A stretch of DNA of 34,201 nucleotides, taken from a virus. Its lineage: Duplodnaviria > Heunggongvirae > Uroviricota > Caudoviricetes. Of the stretch, positions 9,395-18,822 are shown one piece after another. The notes under the pieces were generated by a model. The model saw only the letters and a program-made list of their open reading frames with translations. It searched no databases and was not told the origin of the DNA. The position numbers and the translations under genes were made by a program. Location: the IMG/VR virus record IMGVR_UViG_2563366973_000012, positions 1 through 34,201 of that record, one strand, 5' to 3'. Numbering within the stretch: position 1 is the first letter of the stretch; each line of letters begins with the position of its first letter.

Positions 9395-10144
9395 ATGATG
9401 AATCATCTTTACGAACAACTGACCGCACTTAAACTCACCGGCTTCCGTGATGCGCTTAAAAAGCAACTTGCTCAACCGGGCACATACCAGGAGCTGGGCT
9501 TCGAAGAACGCCTGTCATTACTGACAGCAGAAGAACTAACCTGCCGTGAAAACAGGAAGGCAGAGCGTCTGATCAAACATGCACGGTTCAGACTTAATGC
9601 TGAGTTATCAAAGCTGGATTATCGTAACAATAGAGGGCTGGACAGGGCCCTCATCCGTTCACTCAGTCAGGGAAACTGGTTAACCCTGAAACAAAATATT
9701 TTACTGACCGGGGCCACCGGCAGCGGTAAAACGTTCCTGGCATGTGCACTTGGTCATAATGCCTGCCGACAGGGATACAAGGTCTACTATTATCGCCTTA
9801 AAGCGCTGATGGAACAGTGCTATCAGGGGCATGCTGATGGAAGATACAGCAAACTTTTGACCAGGCTGAATAATAGCGATCTGCTGCTTCTGGATGACTG
9901 GGGGCTGGAACCTCTCTCATCAGAACAGCGTAGCGACCTGCTGGAAATAGTGGATCTGATGTACCAACGAGGCTCAATCATCGTAGTGAGCCAGTTGCCG
10001 GTGGAAAACTGGTACAAAATGATCGGAGACTCCACACATGCGGATGCCATCCTAGATCGACTGGTTCATGGCAGTATCAAGATCGAACTTAAAGGAGAAT
10101 CAATGCGGAAAATACAATCTCCGTTGACCGAAGGAGATCAGTGA
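9395..10144 (+). CDS. istB: IS21-family helper ATPase IstB (249 aa)
   Basis: Walker A motif GATGSGKT and Walker B-like LLLLDDWG; directly downstream of istA. Confidence 0.85.
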   Translation: MMNHLYEQLTALKLTGFRDALKKQLAQPGTYQELGFEERLSLLTAEELTCRENRKAERLIKHARFRLNAELSKLDYRNNRGLDRALIRSLSQGNWLTLKQNILLTGATGSGKTFLACALGHNACRQGYKVYYYRLKALMEQCYQGHADGRYSKLLTRLNNSDLLLLDDWGLEPLSSEQRSDLLEIVDLMYQRGSIIVVSQLPVENWYKMIGDSTHADAILDRLVHGSIKIELKGESMRKIQSPLTEGDQ

Positions 10145-10467
10145 AGGTAATTTAAAAACGGTTCTGTGAAAGTGACACGAACCGATCTCCATCGATGTTA
10201 CTCACCGATCTCCTTCACGGTAATACGCAACATATGCATGCATCCTGATTTTCTTTCTGTGTGCTTATCCTCTCCTACCATATTTTGATACTGTTTTTGA
10301 ACAGGGCTCTGTTTGATAACGTATACGTTGAGGCATAAAACCTATGCATACTTAGCTGCATCAATTTGCACGAGGTATTTCAGTATGCATTTTCTGCGTA
10401 ATAGTAGGGATTGCTTGGTTTGGTAGTTGTAATTCAACTGCATTCAAACCGACCCATGAAGCGGGCG

Positions 10468-10486
10468 GGCGAGGCGGGGAAAGCAC
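10468..10486 (+). other. Candidate cos site (19-nt cohesive end, P2 type)
   Basis: GGCGAGGCGGGGAAAGCAC matches the P2 cohesive-end sequence as I recall it, at the expected position just beyond the 3' end of Q. Confidence 0.55.
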
Positions 10487-10628
10487 TGCGCGCTGGCGGT
10501 GGTGCTGATTTTATTTTTTCAGCGTCTGAGCGCGTCGTGATGGCGTTTAGATTGTTCGCCGGGGCGTTGGTGTGTATGCGGGCTGTTTTGTGCGGTGGTG
10601 AGCGTGTGAGGGCGTGATGACGGGGTGT

Positions 10629-10650
10629 AAAAAAGCCGCCCGCAGGCGGC
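10629..10650 (-). terminator. Rho-independent terminator downstream of Q (minus strand)
   Basis: GCCGCC-CGCA-GGCGGC hairpin with an adjacent A6 run on the plus strand (U-run on the minus-strand transcript), immediately 3' of the Q stop. Confidence 0.5.
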
Positions 10651-10655
10651 GATGT

Positions 10656-11690
10656 TCAGCCGTTGTCAGTGTCCAGTGAGTAGTTTTTAAAGCGGATGAC
10701 CTCCTGACCGAGCCAGCCGTTTATCTCGCGGATCCTGTCCTGTAACGGGATAAGCTCATTGCGGACAAAGACCTTTGCCACTTTCTCAATATCACCCAGC
10801 GACCCGACGTTCTCCGGCTTGCCGCCCATCAACTGAAAAGGGATGCGGTGCGCGTCCAGCAGGTCTGCGGCGCTGGCTTTTTTGATATTAAAAAAATCGT
10901 CCTTCGTTGCCACTTCACTGAGCGGGATAATTTTAATACCGTCGGCTTTTCCCTGTGGGGCGTAGAGAAACAGGTTTTTAAAGTTGTTGCGGCCTTTCGA
11001 CTTCACCATGTTTTCGCGAAGCATTTCGATATCGTTGCGATCCTGCACGGCATCGGTGACGTACATGATGTATCCGGCATGTGCGCCGTTTTCGTAATAC
11101 TTGCGGCGGAACAGCGTGGCCGACTCATTCAGCCAGGCAGAGTTAAGGGCGCTGAGATATTCCGGCAGGCCGTACAGCTCCTGATTGATATCCGGCTCCA
11201 GCAGGTGAAACACGGAGCCGGGCGCGAAAGGTGTCGGCTCGTTGAAGGATGGCACCCACCAGTAAACATCCTCCTCCACGCCACGGCGGGTATATTTTGC
11301 CGGTGAGGTTTCCAGTCTGATGACCTTACCGGTAGTGCTGTAGCGCTTTTCCAGAAACGCATTACCGAACACCAGAAAATCCAGCACAAAGCGGCTGAAA
11401 TCCTGCTGGGAAAGCCACGGGTGCGGGATAAACGTTGAAGCCAGAATATTACGTTTGACGTAAATCGGTGAGCTGTGATGCACGGCAGCACGCAGACTTT
11501 TTGCCAGACCGGTAAAGCTGACCGGTGGCTCATACCATCTGCCGTTACTGATGCACTCGACGTAATCCAGAATATCACGGCGGTCGAGTACCGGCACCGG
11601 CTCACCAAAGGTGAATGCCTCCATTTTCGGGGCGCTGGCAGTCATTGTTTTCACCGCTGGCTGCGGTGTTTTCCCTTTTTTCTTACTCAT
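10656..11690 (-). CDS. Q: Portal protein gpQ (344 aa)
   Basis: Length and position match P2 Q; start ATG overlaps the P stop (ATGA). Confidence 0.9.
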   Translation of the reverse strand: MSKKKGKTPQPAVKTMTASAPKMEAFTFGEPVPVLDRRDILDYVECISNGRWYEPPVSFTGLAKSLRAAVHHSSPIYVKRNILASTFIPHPWLSQQDFSRFVLDFLVFGNAFLEKRYSTTGKVIRLETSPAKYTRRGVEEDVYWWVPSFNEPTPFAPGSVFHLLEPDINQELYGLPEYLSALNSAWLNESATLFRRKYYENGAHAGYIMYVTDAVQDRNDIEMLRENMVKSKGRNNFKNLFLYAPQGKADGIKIIPLSEVATKDDFFNIKKASAADLLDAHRIPFQLMGGKPENVGSLGDIEKVAKVFVRNELIPLQDRIREINGWLGQEVIRFKNYSLDTDNG

Positions 11691-13462
11691 CAGTAAAACT
11701 CCAGAATGGTGGATGTCAGCGGAGTGCTGATACCGGCGGTGAGTGGCTCATTTAACAGGGCGTGCATGGTCGCCCAGGCGAGGTCGGCGTGGCTGGCTTC
11801 CTCGCTGCGGCTGGCCTCATAGGTGGCGCTGCGTCCGCTGCTGGTCATGGTCTTGCGGATAGCCATGAACGAGCTGGTGATGTCGGTGGCGCTGACGTCA
11901 TATTCCAGACAGCCACGGCGGATAACGTCTTTTGCCTTGAGCACCATTGCGGTTTTCATTTCCGGCGTGTAGCGGATATCGCGCGCGGCGGGATAGAACG
12001 AGCGCACGAGCTGGAACACGCCGACACCGAGGCCGGTGGCATCAATACCGATGTATTCGACGTTATATTTTTCGGTGAGTTTGCGGATGGATTCAGCCTG
12101 GGTGGCAAAGTCCATGCCTTTCCACTGGTGACGCTCAAGGATCCTGAATTTGCCACCGGCCACCACCGGCGGTGCCAGCACCACGCATCCGGCGCTGTCG
12201 CCACGGTGTGACGGGTCGTAACCAATCCATACCGGGCGGGAGCCGAACGGATTTGCGGCAAACGGCGCATAGTCTTCCCATTCTTCCAGCGTGTCGACCA
12301 TACAGCGTTGCAGCTCCTCGAACGGGAACACCGACGCCTTGTCGTCAACAAATTCACACATGAACAGGTTTTTAAAATCGTCGGCGCTGTTTTCGCGTTT
12401 GAGCTGCTCAATGTCGAACAGCGTGCAGCCGCCTTTCAGGGCGTCCTCAATGGTGACAATCTGCCGCCACTGGCCGTCCGCACAGAGAAGCCCACCGGCA
12501 AGGGCGTTATGACTGACGTCGATTTCCACGCGTTCGGCGGCGCTGGCGCGTCCCCGGTTGAACAGTTCACCCGACCAGAACGGGTAGGCGTCGTGCGCCA
12601 GTGTGGACGGGGTGGAGAAATAGGTCGAGCGCAGGTGACTCTGTGAGGCCATACCTGATGCCACCTTACGCAGTACCTGAAAATTCGGGATCCAGAAAAT
12701 CTCGTCGACGTACAGGTCGCCGTTATGGCTCTGCGCGGTGTTGGAGTTGGTGCCGAGAAAAATCAGTTTTGCGCCGTTATTGCCCAGGACAATCGGGTCA
12801 CCGGTCAGGTCAACGTCAACCAGACGGGCAAAGGCGATGATGTATTCGCGGAACACATACGCCTGCGTTTTACTGGCCGACAGAAAAATCTGGTTATGAC
12901 CGGTTTTCAGGGCGCGCAGCAGCGCCTCGCGGGAAAAATAAAACGTCGCGCCAATCTGGCGGGATTTCAGGATATCGCGGATGCGGTGCTCAAGCCCGGC
13001 GCGATACCAGTGCAACTGATATTCGAAAGACTGCTCAAAGAAAATCTGCTCCAGCTTTTCGATAGCCTCGTCACTGAAAAAATTCTTTTTCGGTTTGCGC
13101 CGCCCGCCTTTGTTGCGGTTAGCGATGTTCGGATTAAGGTCTGCCTCGTTGCCGGTCTGGCTGTAGCGGTTTACCCGTGCCAGTCGTTCAATCTGGCGTC
13201 CGAGCAGGTCAATTTCCTTGAAGTCACCGCCGGTTTTCTGCGGTTTGATGATGAGCTGGGTCAGCCGCGCTTCCAGACTCATTTCGACACGGCTGATGGG
13301 GGCAACGCTGTCCCAGCCGTCGCGCTGTTTCCAGCTCTGCACCGTCGGGCGTTTCATCTGCAACATGGCGGCAATCTGCGGCACGGAAAACCCCTGCCAG
13401 TACAGCAGCGCCGCCTGACGACGCGGGTCGTGTAAAAGAGTGGTGTCTGTGGTGATGGTCAT
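11690..13462 (-). CDS. P: Terminase large subunit gpP (ATPase)
   Basis: Start placed at MTITTDTTLL (the P2 gpP N-terminus as recalled) rather than the ORF-track start at 13492. Confidence 0.9.
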   Translation of the reverse strand: MTITTDTTLLHDPRRQAALLYWQGFSVPQIAAMLQMKRPTVQSWKQRDGWDSVAPISRVEMSLEARLTQLIIKPQKTGGDFKEIDLLGRQIERLARVNRYSQTGNEADLNPNIANRNKGGRRKPKKNFFSDEAIEKLEQIFFEQSFEYQLHWYRAGLEHRIRDILKSRQIGATFYFSREALLRALKTGHNQIFLSASKTQAYVFREYIIAFARLVDVDLTGDPIVLGNNGAKLIFLGTNSNTAQSHNGDLYVDEIFWIPNFQVLRKVASGMASQSHLRSTYFSTPSTLAHDAYPFWSGELFNRGRASAAERVEIDVSHNALAGGLLCADGQWRQIVTIEDALKGGCTLFDIEQLKRENSADDFKNLFMCEFVDDKASVFPFEELQRCMVDTLEEWEDYAPFAANPFGSRPVWIGYDPSHRGDSAGCVVLAPPVVAGGKFRILERHQWKGMDFATQAESIRKLTEKYNVEYIGIDATGLGVGVFQLVRSFYPAARDIRYTPEMKTAMVLKAKDVIRRGCLEYDVSATDITSSFMAIRKTMTSSGRSATYEASRSEEASHADLAWATMHALLNEPLTAGISTPLTSTILEFY

Positions 13463-13635
13463 GAATACCTCGCCGTGATGAATACACGGCAAGGCTACTG
13501 AGTCGCGCCCCGCGATTCGCTAAGGTGCTGTTGTGTCAGTGATAAGCCATCCGGGACTGATGGCGGAGGATGCGCATCGTCGGGAAACTGATGCCGACAT
13601 GTGACTCCTCTAATCACTATTCAGGACTCCTGACA
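13463..13635. promoter_or_regulatory. Divergent P/O late-promoter intergenic region (Ogr-dependent in P2)
   Basis: Intergenic region between the divergently transcribed P and O late genes. I could not place an exact TGT-N12-ACA activator box by eye. Confidence 0.35.
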
Positions 13636-14490
13636 ATGGCAAAAAAAGTCTCAAAATTCTTTCGTATCGGCGTTGAGGGTGACACCTGTGACGGGCGTGT
13701 CATCAGTGCGCAGGATATTCAGGAAATGGCCGAAACCTTTGACCCGCGAGTCTATGGTTGCCGCATTAACCTGGAACATCTGCGCGGCATCCTGCCTGAC
13801 GGTATTTTTAAGCGTTATGGCGATGTGGCCGAACTGAAGGCCGAAAAGATTGACGATGATTCGGCGCTGAAAGGCAAATGGGCGCTGTTTGCGAAAATCA
13901 CCCCGACCGATGACCTTATCGCGATGAACAAGGCCGCGCAGAAGGTCTATACCTCAATGGAAATTCAGCCGAACTTTGCCAATACCGGCAAATGTTATCT
14001 GGTGGGTCTGGCCGTCACCGATGACCCGGCAAGCCTCGGCACGGAATACCTGGAATTCTGCCGCACGGCAAAACACAACCCCCTGAACCGCTTCAAATTA
14101 AACCCTGAAAACCTGATTTCAGTGGCAACGCCCGTTGAGCTGGAATTTGAAGACCTGCCTGAAACCGTGTTCACCGCCCTGACCGAAAAGGTGAAGTCCA
14201 TTTTTGGCCGCAAACAGGCCAGCGATGACGCCCGTCTGAATGACGTGCATGAAGCGGTGACCGCTGTTGCTGAACATGTGCAGGAAAAACTGAGCGCCAC
14301 TGAGCAGCGCCTCGCTGAGATGGAAACCGCTTTTTCCGCACTTAAGCAGGATGTGACTGACAGGGCGGATGAAACCAGCCAGGCATTCACCCGCCTGAAA
14401 AACAGTCTCGACCACACCGAAAGTCTGACCCAGCAGCGCCGCAGCAAGGCCACCGGTGGTGGCGGTGACGCCCTGATGACGAACTGCTGA
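13636..14490 (+). CDS. O: Capsid scaffold protein gpO (284 aa)
   Basis: Start at MAKKVSKFFRIGVEG (the recalled P2 gpO N-terminus); the ORF-track start at 13570 gives an unsupported N-terminal extension. Confidence 0.9.
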   Translation: MAKKVSKFFRIGVEGDTCDGRVISAQDIQEMAETFDPRVYGCRINLEHLRGILPDGIFKRYGDVAELKAEKIDDDSALKGKWALFAKITPTDDLIAMNKAAQKVYTSMEIQPNFANTGKCYLVGLAVTDDPASLGTEYLEFCRTAKHNPLNRFKLNPENLISVATPVELEFEDLPETVFTALTEKVKSIFGRKQASDDARLNDVHEAVTAVAEHVQEKLSATEQRLAEMETAFSALKQDVTDRADETSQAFTRLKNSLDHTESLTQQRRSKATGGGGDALMTNC

Positions 14491-14548
14491 CCGGCGTCAG
14501 TCAGCCCGGGAAAACCTTCACGATTAACCCTTAATTTCAGGAAAAACT

Positions 14549-15622
14549 ATGCGCCAGGAAACCCGCTTTAAATTTAATGCCTACCTGTCCCGTGTTGCCG
14601 AACTGAACGGCATCGACGCCGGTGATGTGTCGAAAAAATTCACCGTTGAACCGTCGGTCACCCAGACCCTGATGAACACCATGCAGGAGTCCTCTGACTT
14701 TCTGACCCGCATCAACATTGTGCCGGTCAGCGAAATGAAAGGGGAAAAAATTGGTATTGGTGTCACCGGCTCCATCGCCAGCACCACAGACACCGCCGGT
14801 GGCACCGAGCGTCAGCCGAAGGACTTCTCGAAGCTGGCGTCAAACAAGTACGAATGCGACCAGATTAACTTCGATTTTTATATCCGCTACAAAACGCTTG
14901 ACCTGTGGGCGCGTTATCAGGATTTCCAGCTCCGTGTCCGTAACGCCATTATCAAACGCCAGTCCCTTGATTTAATCATGGCCGGTTTTAACGGCGTGAG
15001 GCGTGCCGAAACCTCTGACCGCAGCAGTAACCAGATGCTGCAGGATGTGGCGGTCGGCTGGCTGCAGAAATACCGCAATGAAGCCCCGGCGCGCGTGATG
15101 AGCAAGGTTACTGACGAGGAAGGTCACACGACCTCTGAGGTCATCCGCGTGGGTAAGGGCGGTGATTATGCCAGCCTCGATGCACTGGTGATGGATGCGA
15201 CCAACAACCTGATTGAGCCGTGGTATCAGGAAGACCCTGACCTTGTGGTGATTGTGGGGCGTCAGCTACTGGCGGACAAGTATTTCCCCATCGTCAACAA
15301 GGAGCAGGACAACAGCGAGATGCTGGCCGCTGACGTCATCATCAGCCAGAAACGCATCGGTAACCTGCCGGCGGTACGCGTCCCGTACTTCCCGGCGGAT
15401 GCGATGCTCATCACGAAGCTGGAAAACCTGTCCATCTACTACATGGATGACAGCCATCGCCGCGTGATTGTGGAAAACCCGAAACTCGACCGCGTGGAGA
15501 ACTACGAGTCAATGAACATTGATTACGTGGTGGAAGACTACGCCGCCGGTTGTCTGGTGGAAAAAATCAAGGTCGGTGACTTCTCCACACCGGCTAAAGC
15601 GACCGCAGAGCCGGGAGCGTAA
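14549..15622 (+). CDS. N: Major capsid protein gpN (357 aa)
   Basis: Length and position match P2 N. Confidence 0.9.
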   Translation: MRQETRFKFNAYLSRVAELNGIDAGDVSKKFTVEPSVTQTLMNTMQESSDFLTRINIVPVSEMKGEKIGIGVTGSIASTTDTAGGTERQPKDFSKLASNKYECDQINFDFYIRYKTLDLWARYQDFQLRVRNAIIKRQSLDLIMAGFNGVRRAETSDRSSNQMLQDVAVGWLQKYRNEAPARVMSKVTDEEGHTTSEVIRVGKGGDYASLDALVMDATNNLIEPWYQEDPDLVVIVGRQLLADKYFPIVNKEQDNSEMLAADVIISQKRIGNLPAVRVPYFPADAMLITKLENLSIYYMDDSHRRVIVENPKLDRVENYESMNIDYVVEDYAAGCLVEKIKVGDFSTPAKATAEPGA

Positions 15623-15625
15623 CCG

Positions 15626-16375
15626 ATGACGAGTCCCGCACAGCGCCACATGATGCGGGTCTCGGCAGCGATGACCGCGCAGCGGGAAGCCGCCCCGCTG
15701 CGACATGCAACTGTCTATGAGCAGATGCTGGTTAAGCTCGCCGCAGACCAGCGCACACTGAAAGCGATTTATTCAAAAGAGCTGAAGGCCGCGAAAAAAC
15801 GCGAACTGCTGCCGTTCTGGTTGCCGTGGGTGAACGGCGTGCTGGAGCAGGGCAAAGGTGCACAGGATGACATTCTGATGACGGTCATGCTGTGGCGTCT
15901 GGATACCGGCGATATTGCCGGTGCGCTGGAGATTGCCCGTTATGCCCTGAAGTACGGTCTGACCATGCCGGGTAAACACCGCCGCACCCCGCCGTACATG
16001 TTCACCGAGGAGGTCGCGCTTGCGGCCATGCGTGCCCACGCTGCCGGTGAGTCTGTGGATACCCGCCTGCTGACGGAGACCCTTGAACTGACTGCCGCTG
16101 CTGACATGCCTGATGAAGTGCGCGCAAAGCTGCACAAAATCACCGGTCTGTTTCTGCGTGACGGTGGTGATGCCGCCGGTGCGCTGGCGCACCTGCAACG
16201 TGCGACACAGCTCGACTGTCAGGCAGGCGTCAAAAAAGAGATTGAACGACTGGAGCGGGAGCTGAAACCGAAGCCGGAGCCGCAGCCGCAGCCAAAAGCG
16301 GCCACCCGTACCCCGCGTAAGACCCGGAGCGTGACACCGGCAAAACGTGGACGCCCGAAAAAGAAAGCCAGTTAA
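15626..16375 (+). CDS. M: Terminase small subunit/endonuclease gpM
   Basis: Position after N and length close to P2 M (recalled as 247 aa); basic, proline-rich C-terminal tail. Confidence 0.85.
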   Translation: MTSPAQRHMMRVSAAMTAQREAAPLRHATVYEQMLVKLAADQRTLKAIYSKELKAAKKRELLPFWLPWVNGVLEQGKGAQDDILMTVMLWRLDTGDIAGALEIARYALKYGLTMPGKHRRTPPYMFTEEVALAAMRAHAAGESVDTRLLTETLELTAAADMPDEVRAKLHKITGLFLRDGGDAAGALAHLQRATQLDCQAGVKKEIERLERELKPKPEPQPQPKAATRTPRKTRSVTPAKRGRPKKKAS

Positions 16376-16474
16376 CAACCGAATGCGCCCCGCGCCAGGG
16401 CGGCACGCCGGTCAGTGAGGGTGAATCATCTGACACTGCACCGGCGTCCACCGCCCGACTTTTCAGAGGTAGTC

Positions 16475-16984
16475 ATGATGACGCTGATTATTCCGCGAAA
16501 GGAGGCTCCCGTGTCCGGTGAGGGTACGGTGGTCATCCCGCAACCGGCAGGCGACGAGCCGGTGATTAAAAACACGTTCTTTTTTCCCGATATCGACCCG
16601 AAGCGCGTCCGGGAACGTATGCGCCTTGAGCAGACCGTCGCCCCCGCCCGTCTGCGTGAGGCCATCAAGTCAGGCATGGCGGAGACGAATGCGGAGCTGT
16701 ACGAGTACCGCGAACAGAAAATTGCCGCCGGTTTTACGCGTCTGGCGGACGTCCCGGCGGACGACATCGACGGTGAAAGCATCAAAGTTTTTTACTACGA
16801 GCGCGCCGTGTGTGCGATGGCGACCGCGTCGCTTTATGAACGTTATCGCGGTGTGGATGCCAGTGCGAAAGGCGACAAGAAGGCCGACAGCATTGACAGC
16901 ACCATTGATGAGCTGTGGCGGGATATGCGCTGGGCAGTGGCGCGCATCCAGGGCAAGCCGCGCTGCATCGTGAGTCAAATCTGA
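16475..16984 (+). CDS. L: Head completion protein gpL (169 aa)
   Basis: Start at MMTLIIPRKEAP with RBS GAGGT; the ORF-track start at 16415 lacks support. Stop overlaps the X start (ATGA). Confidence 0.85.
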   Translation: MMTLIIPRKEAPVSGEGTVVIPQPAGDEPVIKNTFFFPDIDPKRVRERMRLEQTVAPARLREAIKSGMAETNAELYEYREQKIAAGFTRLADVPADDIDGESIKVFYYERAVCAMATASLYERYRGVDASAKGDKKADSIDSTIDELWRDMRWAVARIQGKPRCIVSQI

Positions 16985-17187
16985 TGAAGACCTTTGCGCT
17001 ACAGGGCGACACGCTCGACGCCATTTGTGTCCGGTATTACGGGCGCACTGAGGGCGTGGTTGAGACCGTGCTCGCCGCAAATCCGGGACTGGCTGAACTG
17101 GGTGCGGTGCTGCCACACGGCACCGCCGTCGAACTGCCCGACGTTCAGACCGCGCCCGTGGCTGAAACTGTCAATCTGTGGGAGTAA
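16984..17187 (+). CDS. X: Tail protein gpX (67 aa)
   Basis: Start at MKTFALQGDTLDAICVRYYG; small protein at the P2 X position. Confidence 0.8.
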   Translation: MKTFALQGDTLDAICVRYYGRTEGVVETVLAANPGLAELGAVLPHGTAVELPDVQTAPVAETVNLWE

Positions 17188-17190
17188 CGC

Positions 17191-17472
17191 ATGACAGCAG
17201 AAGAAAAAAGCGTCCTGTCGCTTTTCATGATTGGGGTGCTGATTGTTGTCGGCAAGGTGCTTGCCGGTGGTGAACCCATCACCCCGCGTCTGTTTATCGG
17301 GCGCATGTTGCTCGGTGGTTTTGTCTCGATGGTTGCCGGTGTTGTTCTGGTGCAGTTTCCTGACCTGTCACTGCCTGCGGTGTGCGGTATCGGCTCCATG
17401 CTGGGTATCGCCGGTTATCAGGTGATTGAGATTGCCATTCAGCGCCGTTTTAAGGGCAGGGGGAAACAGTAA
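17191..17472 (+). CDS. Y: Holin gpY (93 aa)
   Basis: Hydrophobic membrane protein with a charged C-terminus, immediately upstream of the endolysin. Confidence 0.8.
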   Translation: MTAEEKSVLSLFMIGVLIVVGKVLAGGEPITPRLFIGRMLLGGFVSMVAGVVLVQFPDLSLPAVCGIGSMLGIAGYQVIEIAIQRRFKGRGKQ

Positions 17473-17969
17473 TGCCGGTAATTAACACGCATCAGAATAT
17501 CGCGGCCTTTCTCGACATGCTGGCCGTGTCCGAAGGGACGGCGAATCATCCGCTGACGAAAAACCGGGGCTATGACGTGATAGTCACCGGACTGGACGGG
17601 AAGCCGGAAATTTTCACTGACTACAGTGACCACCCGTTCGCGCATGGCCGGCCGGCGAAGGTGTTTAACCGTCGCGGTGAAAAATCCACGGCCTCCGGTC
17701 GCTATCAGCAGCTTTACCTGTTCTGGCCGCACTACCGCAAACAGCTTGCCCTGCCGGATTTCAGTCCGTTGTCACAGGACAGACTCGCCATTCAGTTGAT
17801 CCGCGAACGCGGTGCACTGGATGACATCCGGGCGGGACGCATTGAGCGCGCCATTTCACGCTGTCGCAATATCTGGGCGTCCCTGCCGGGTGCCGGTTAC
17901 GGTCAGCGTGAGCATTCACTGGAAAAACTGGTCACCGTCTGGCGTACCGCCGGCGGTGTACCGGCTTAA
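17472..17969 (+). CDS. K: Endolysin gpK (165 aa)
   Basis: Length and position match P2 K. Confidence 0.85.
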   Translation: MPVINTHQNIAAFLDMLAVSEGTANHPLTKNRGYDVIVTGLDGKPEIFTDYSDHPFAHGRPAKVFNRRGEKSTASGRYQQLYLFWPHYRKQLALPDFSPLSQDRLAIQLIRERGALDDIRAGRIERAISRCRNIWASLPGAGYGQREHSLEKLVTVWRTAGGVPA

Positions 17970-17983
17970 ACGGAGTAAACACC

Positions 17984-18409
17984 ATGAAGAAATTATCCCT
18001 TTCACTGATGCTGAATGTGTCGCTGGCGCTGATGCTGGCACTGTCCCTGATTTACCCGCAGAGCGTGGCCGTCAATTTTGTCGCCGCCTGGGCGATTCTG
18101 GCGACGGTTATCTGTGTGGTTGCCGGTGGTGTCGGCGTGTATGCCACTGAGTATGTGCTGGAACGCTACGGGCGGGAGCTGCCACCGGAATCGCTGGCCG
18201 TGAAGATTGTCACGTCGCTGTTTTTGCAGCCGGTGCCGTGGCGCAGGCGGGCGGCGGCTCTGGTAGTGATGGTGGCGACGTTTATCTCGCTGGTCGCTGC
18301 CGGGTGGATTTTTACCGCGCTGATTTATCTTGTGGCGTCGCTGTTTTTCCGGCTGATACGTAAAGCCTGTCGTCAGCGTCTTGAGGGGCGGGAACCATGT
18401 CAAAGCTGA
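17984..18409 (+). CDS. lysA: Lysis regulator LysA (multi-pass membrane protein)
   Basis: Very hydrophobic 141-aa protein following K. Confidence 0.7.
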   Translation: MKKLSLSLMLNVSLALMLALSLIYPQSVAVNFVAAWAILATVICVVAGGVGVYATEYVLERYGRELPPESLAVKIVTSLFLQPVPWRRRAAALVVMVATFISLVAAGWIFTALIYLVASLFFRLIRKACRQRLEGREPCQS

Positions 18410-18822
18410 TGATTGTGCTGGTCGTGTTGTTATCGCTGGCGGTGACCGGTCTGTTTCTGGTGAAACACAAAAATGCCAGCCTGCGCGCCTCGCTGGACAG
18501 GGCGAACAGCGTCGCCAGTGAACAGCAGACGACCATCACCATGCTGAAAAATCAGCTTCATGTTGCCATCACCAGGGCAGACAAAAACGAGCTGGCGCAG
18601 GTGGCACTGCGTCAGGAACTGGAGAACGCCGCGAAGCGTGAAGCACTGCGCGAGAAAACCATCACGAGGTTACTTAATGAAAACGAGGATTTTCGCCGCT
18701 GGTATGGCGCTGACCTGCCTGATGCTGTGCGCCGGTTGCACCAGCGTCCGGCCTGCACTGACGCCAGTGATTGTCGCCAACGCCTGCCCGAAAGTGAGCC
18801 TTTGCCCGATGCCGGGCAGTGA
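18397..18822 (+). CDS. lysB: LysB, Rz-like inner-membrane spanin
   Basis: N-terminal transmembrane segment followed by a charged helical region; overlaps lysA. Confidence 0.7.
   Translation: MSKLMIVLVVLLSLAVTGLFLVKHKNASLRASLDRANSVASEQQTTITMLKNQLHVAITRADKNELAQVALRQELENAAKREALREKTITRLLNENEDFRRWYGADLPDAVRRLHQRPACTDASDCRQRLPESEPLPDAGQ

Larger units (their letters stand above)
7709..10217 (+). mobile_element. IS21-family insertion sequence (istA-istB), about 2.5 kb, with imperfect terminal inverted repeats of about 37 bp
   Basis: The left end TGAACAGATCGCTGAATAACATCGATGGAGATC (from 7709) matches the reverse complement of the right end ending at 10217 at about 31 of 37 positions. An extra internal copy GTGATCTCCATCAATGTT sits at 7767-7784. 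GGTAATA occurs in both flanks (7697-7703 and 10219-10225) as a possible target duplication. Boundaries are good to about 10 bp. Confidence 0.75.

Noticed and set aside
10296-10304. TTTGAACAG 9-mer in the right flank, identical to the start of the IS left inverted repeat (7707-7715)
   Set aside because: A single 9-bp match in a 34-kb window is within chance expectation and is not supported by any extended alignment.
11129-12646. Several ORFs of 60-160 aa on the opposite strand or in other frames inside Q and P (for example 11129-11608, 11762-12211, 11956-12411, 12308-12646)
   Set aside because: They lie entirely within well-supported structural genes in GC-rich DNA, where long spurious ORFs are expected. 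None has an RBS or recognisable motifs.
13463-13635. Exact Ogr activator box (TGT-N12-ACA) in the P/O intergenic region and upstream of FI (26720-26816)
   Set aside because: I could not find an exact TGT-N12-ACA match by eye at the tested offsets, so only the intergenic regions are annotated, not specific boxes.
15773-17116. Antisense ORFs overlapping M and L (15773-16378, 16426-16785, 16670-17116)
   Set aside because: Same reasoning: these are shadow ORFs of GC-rich coding sequence, with arginine/proline-rich low-complexity translations.
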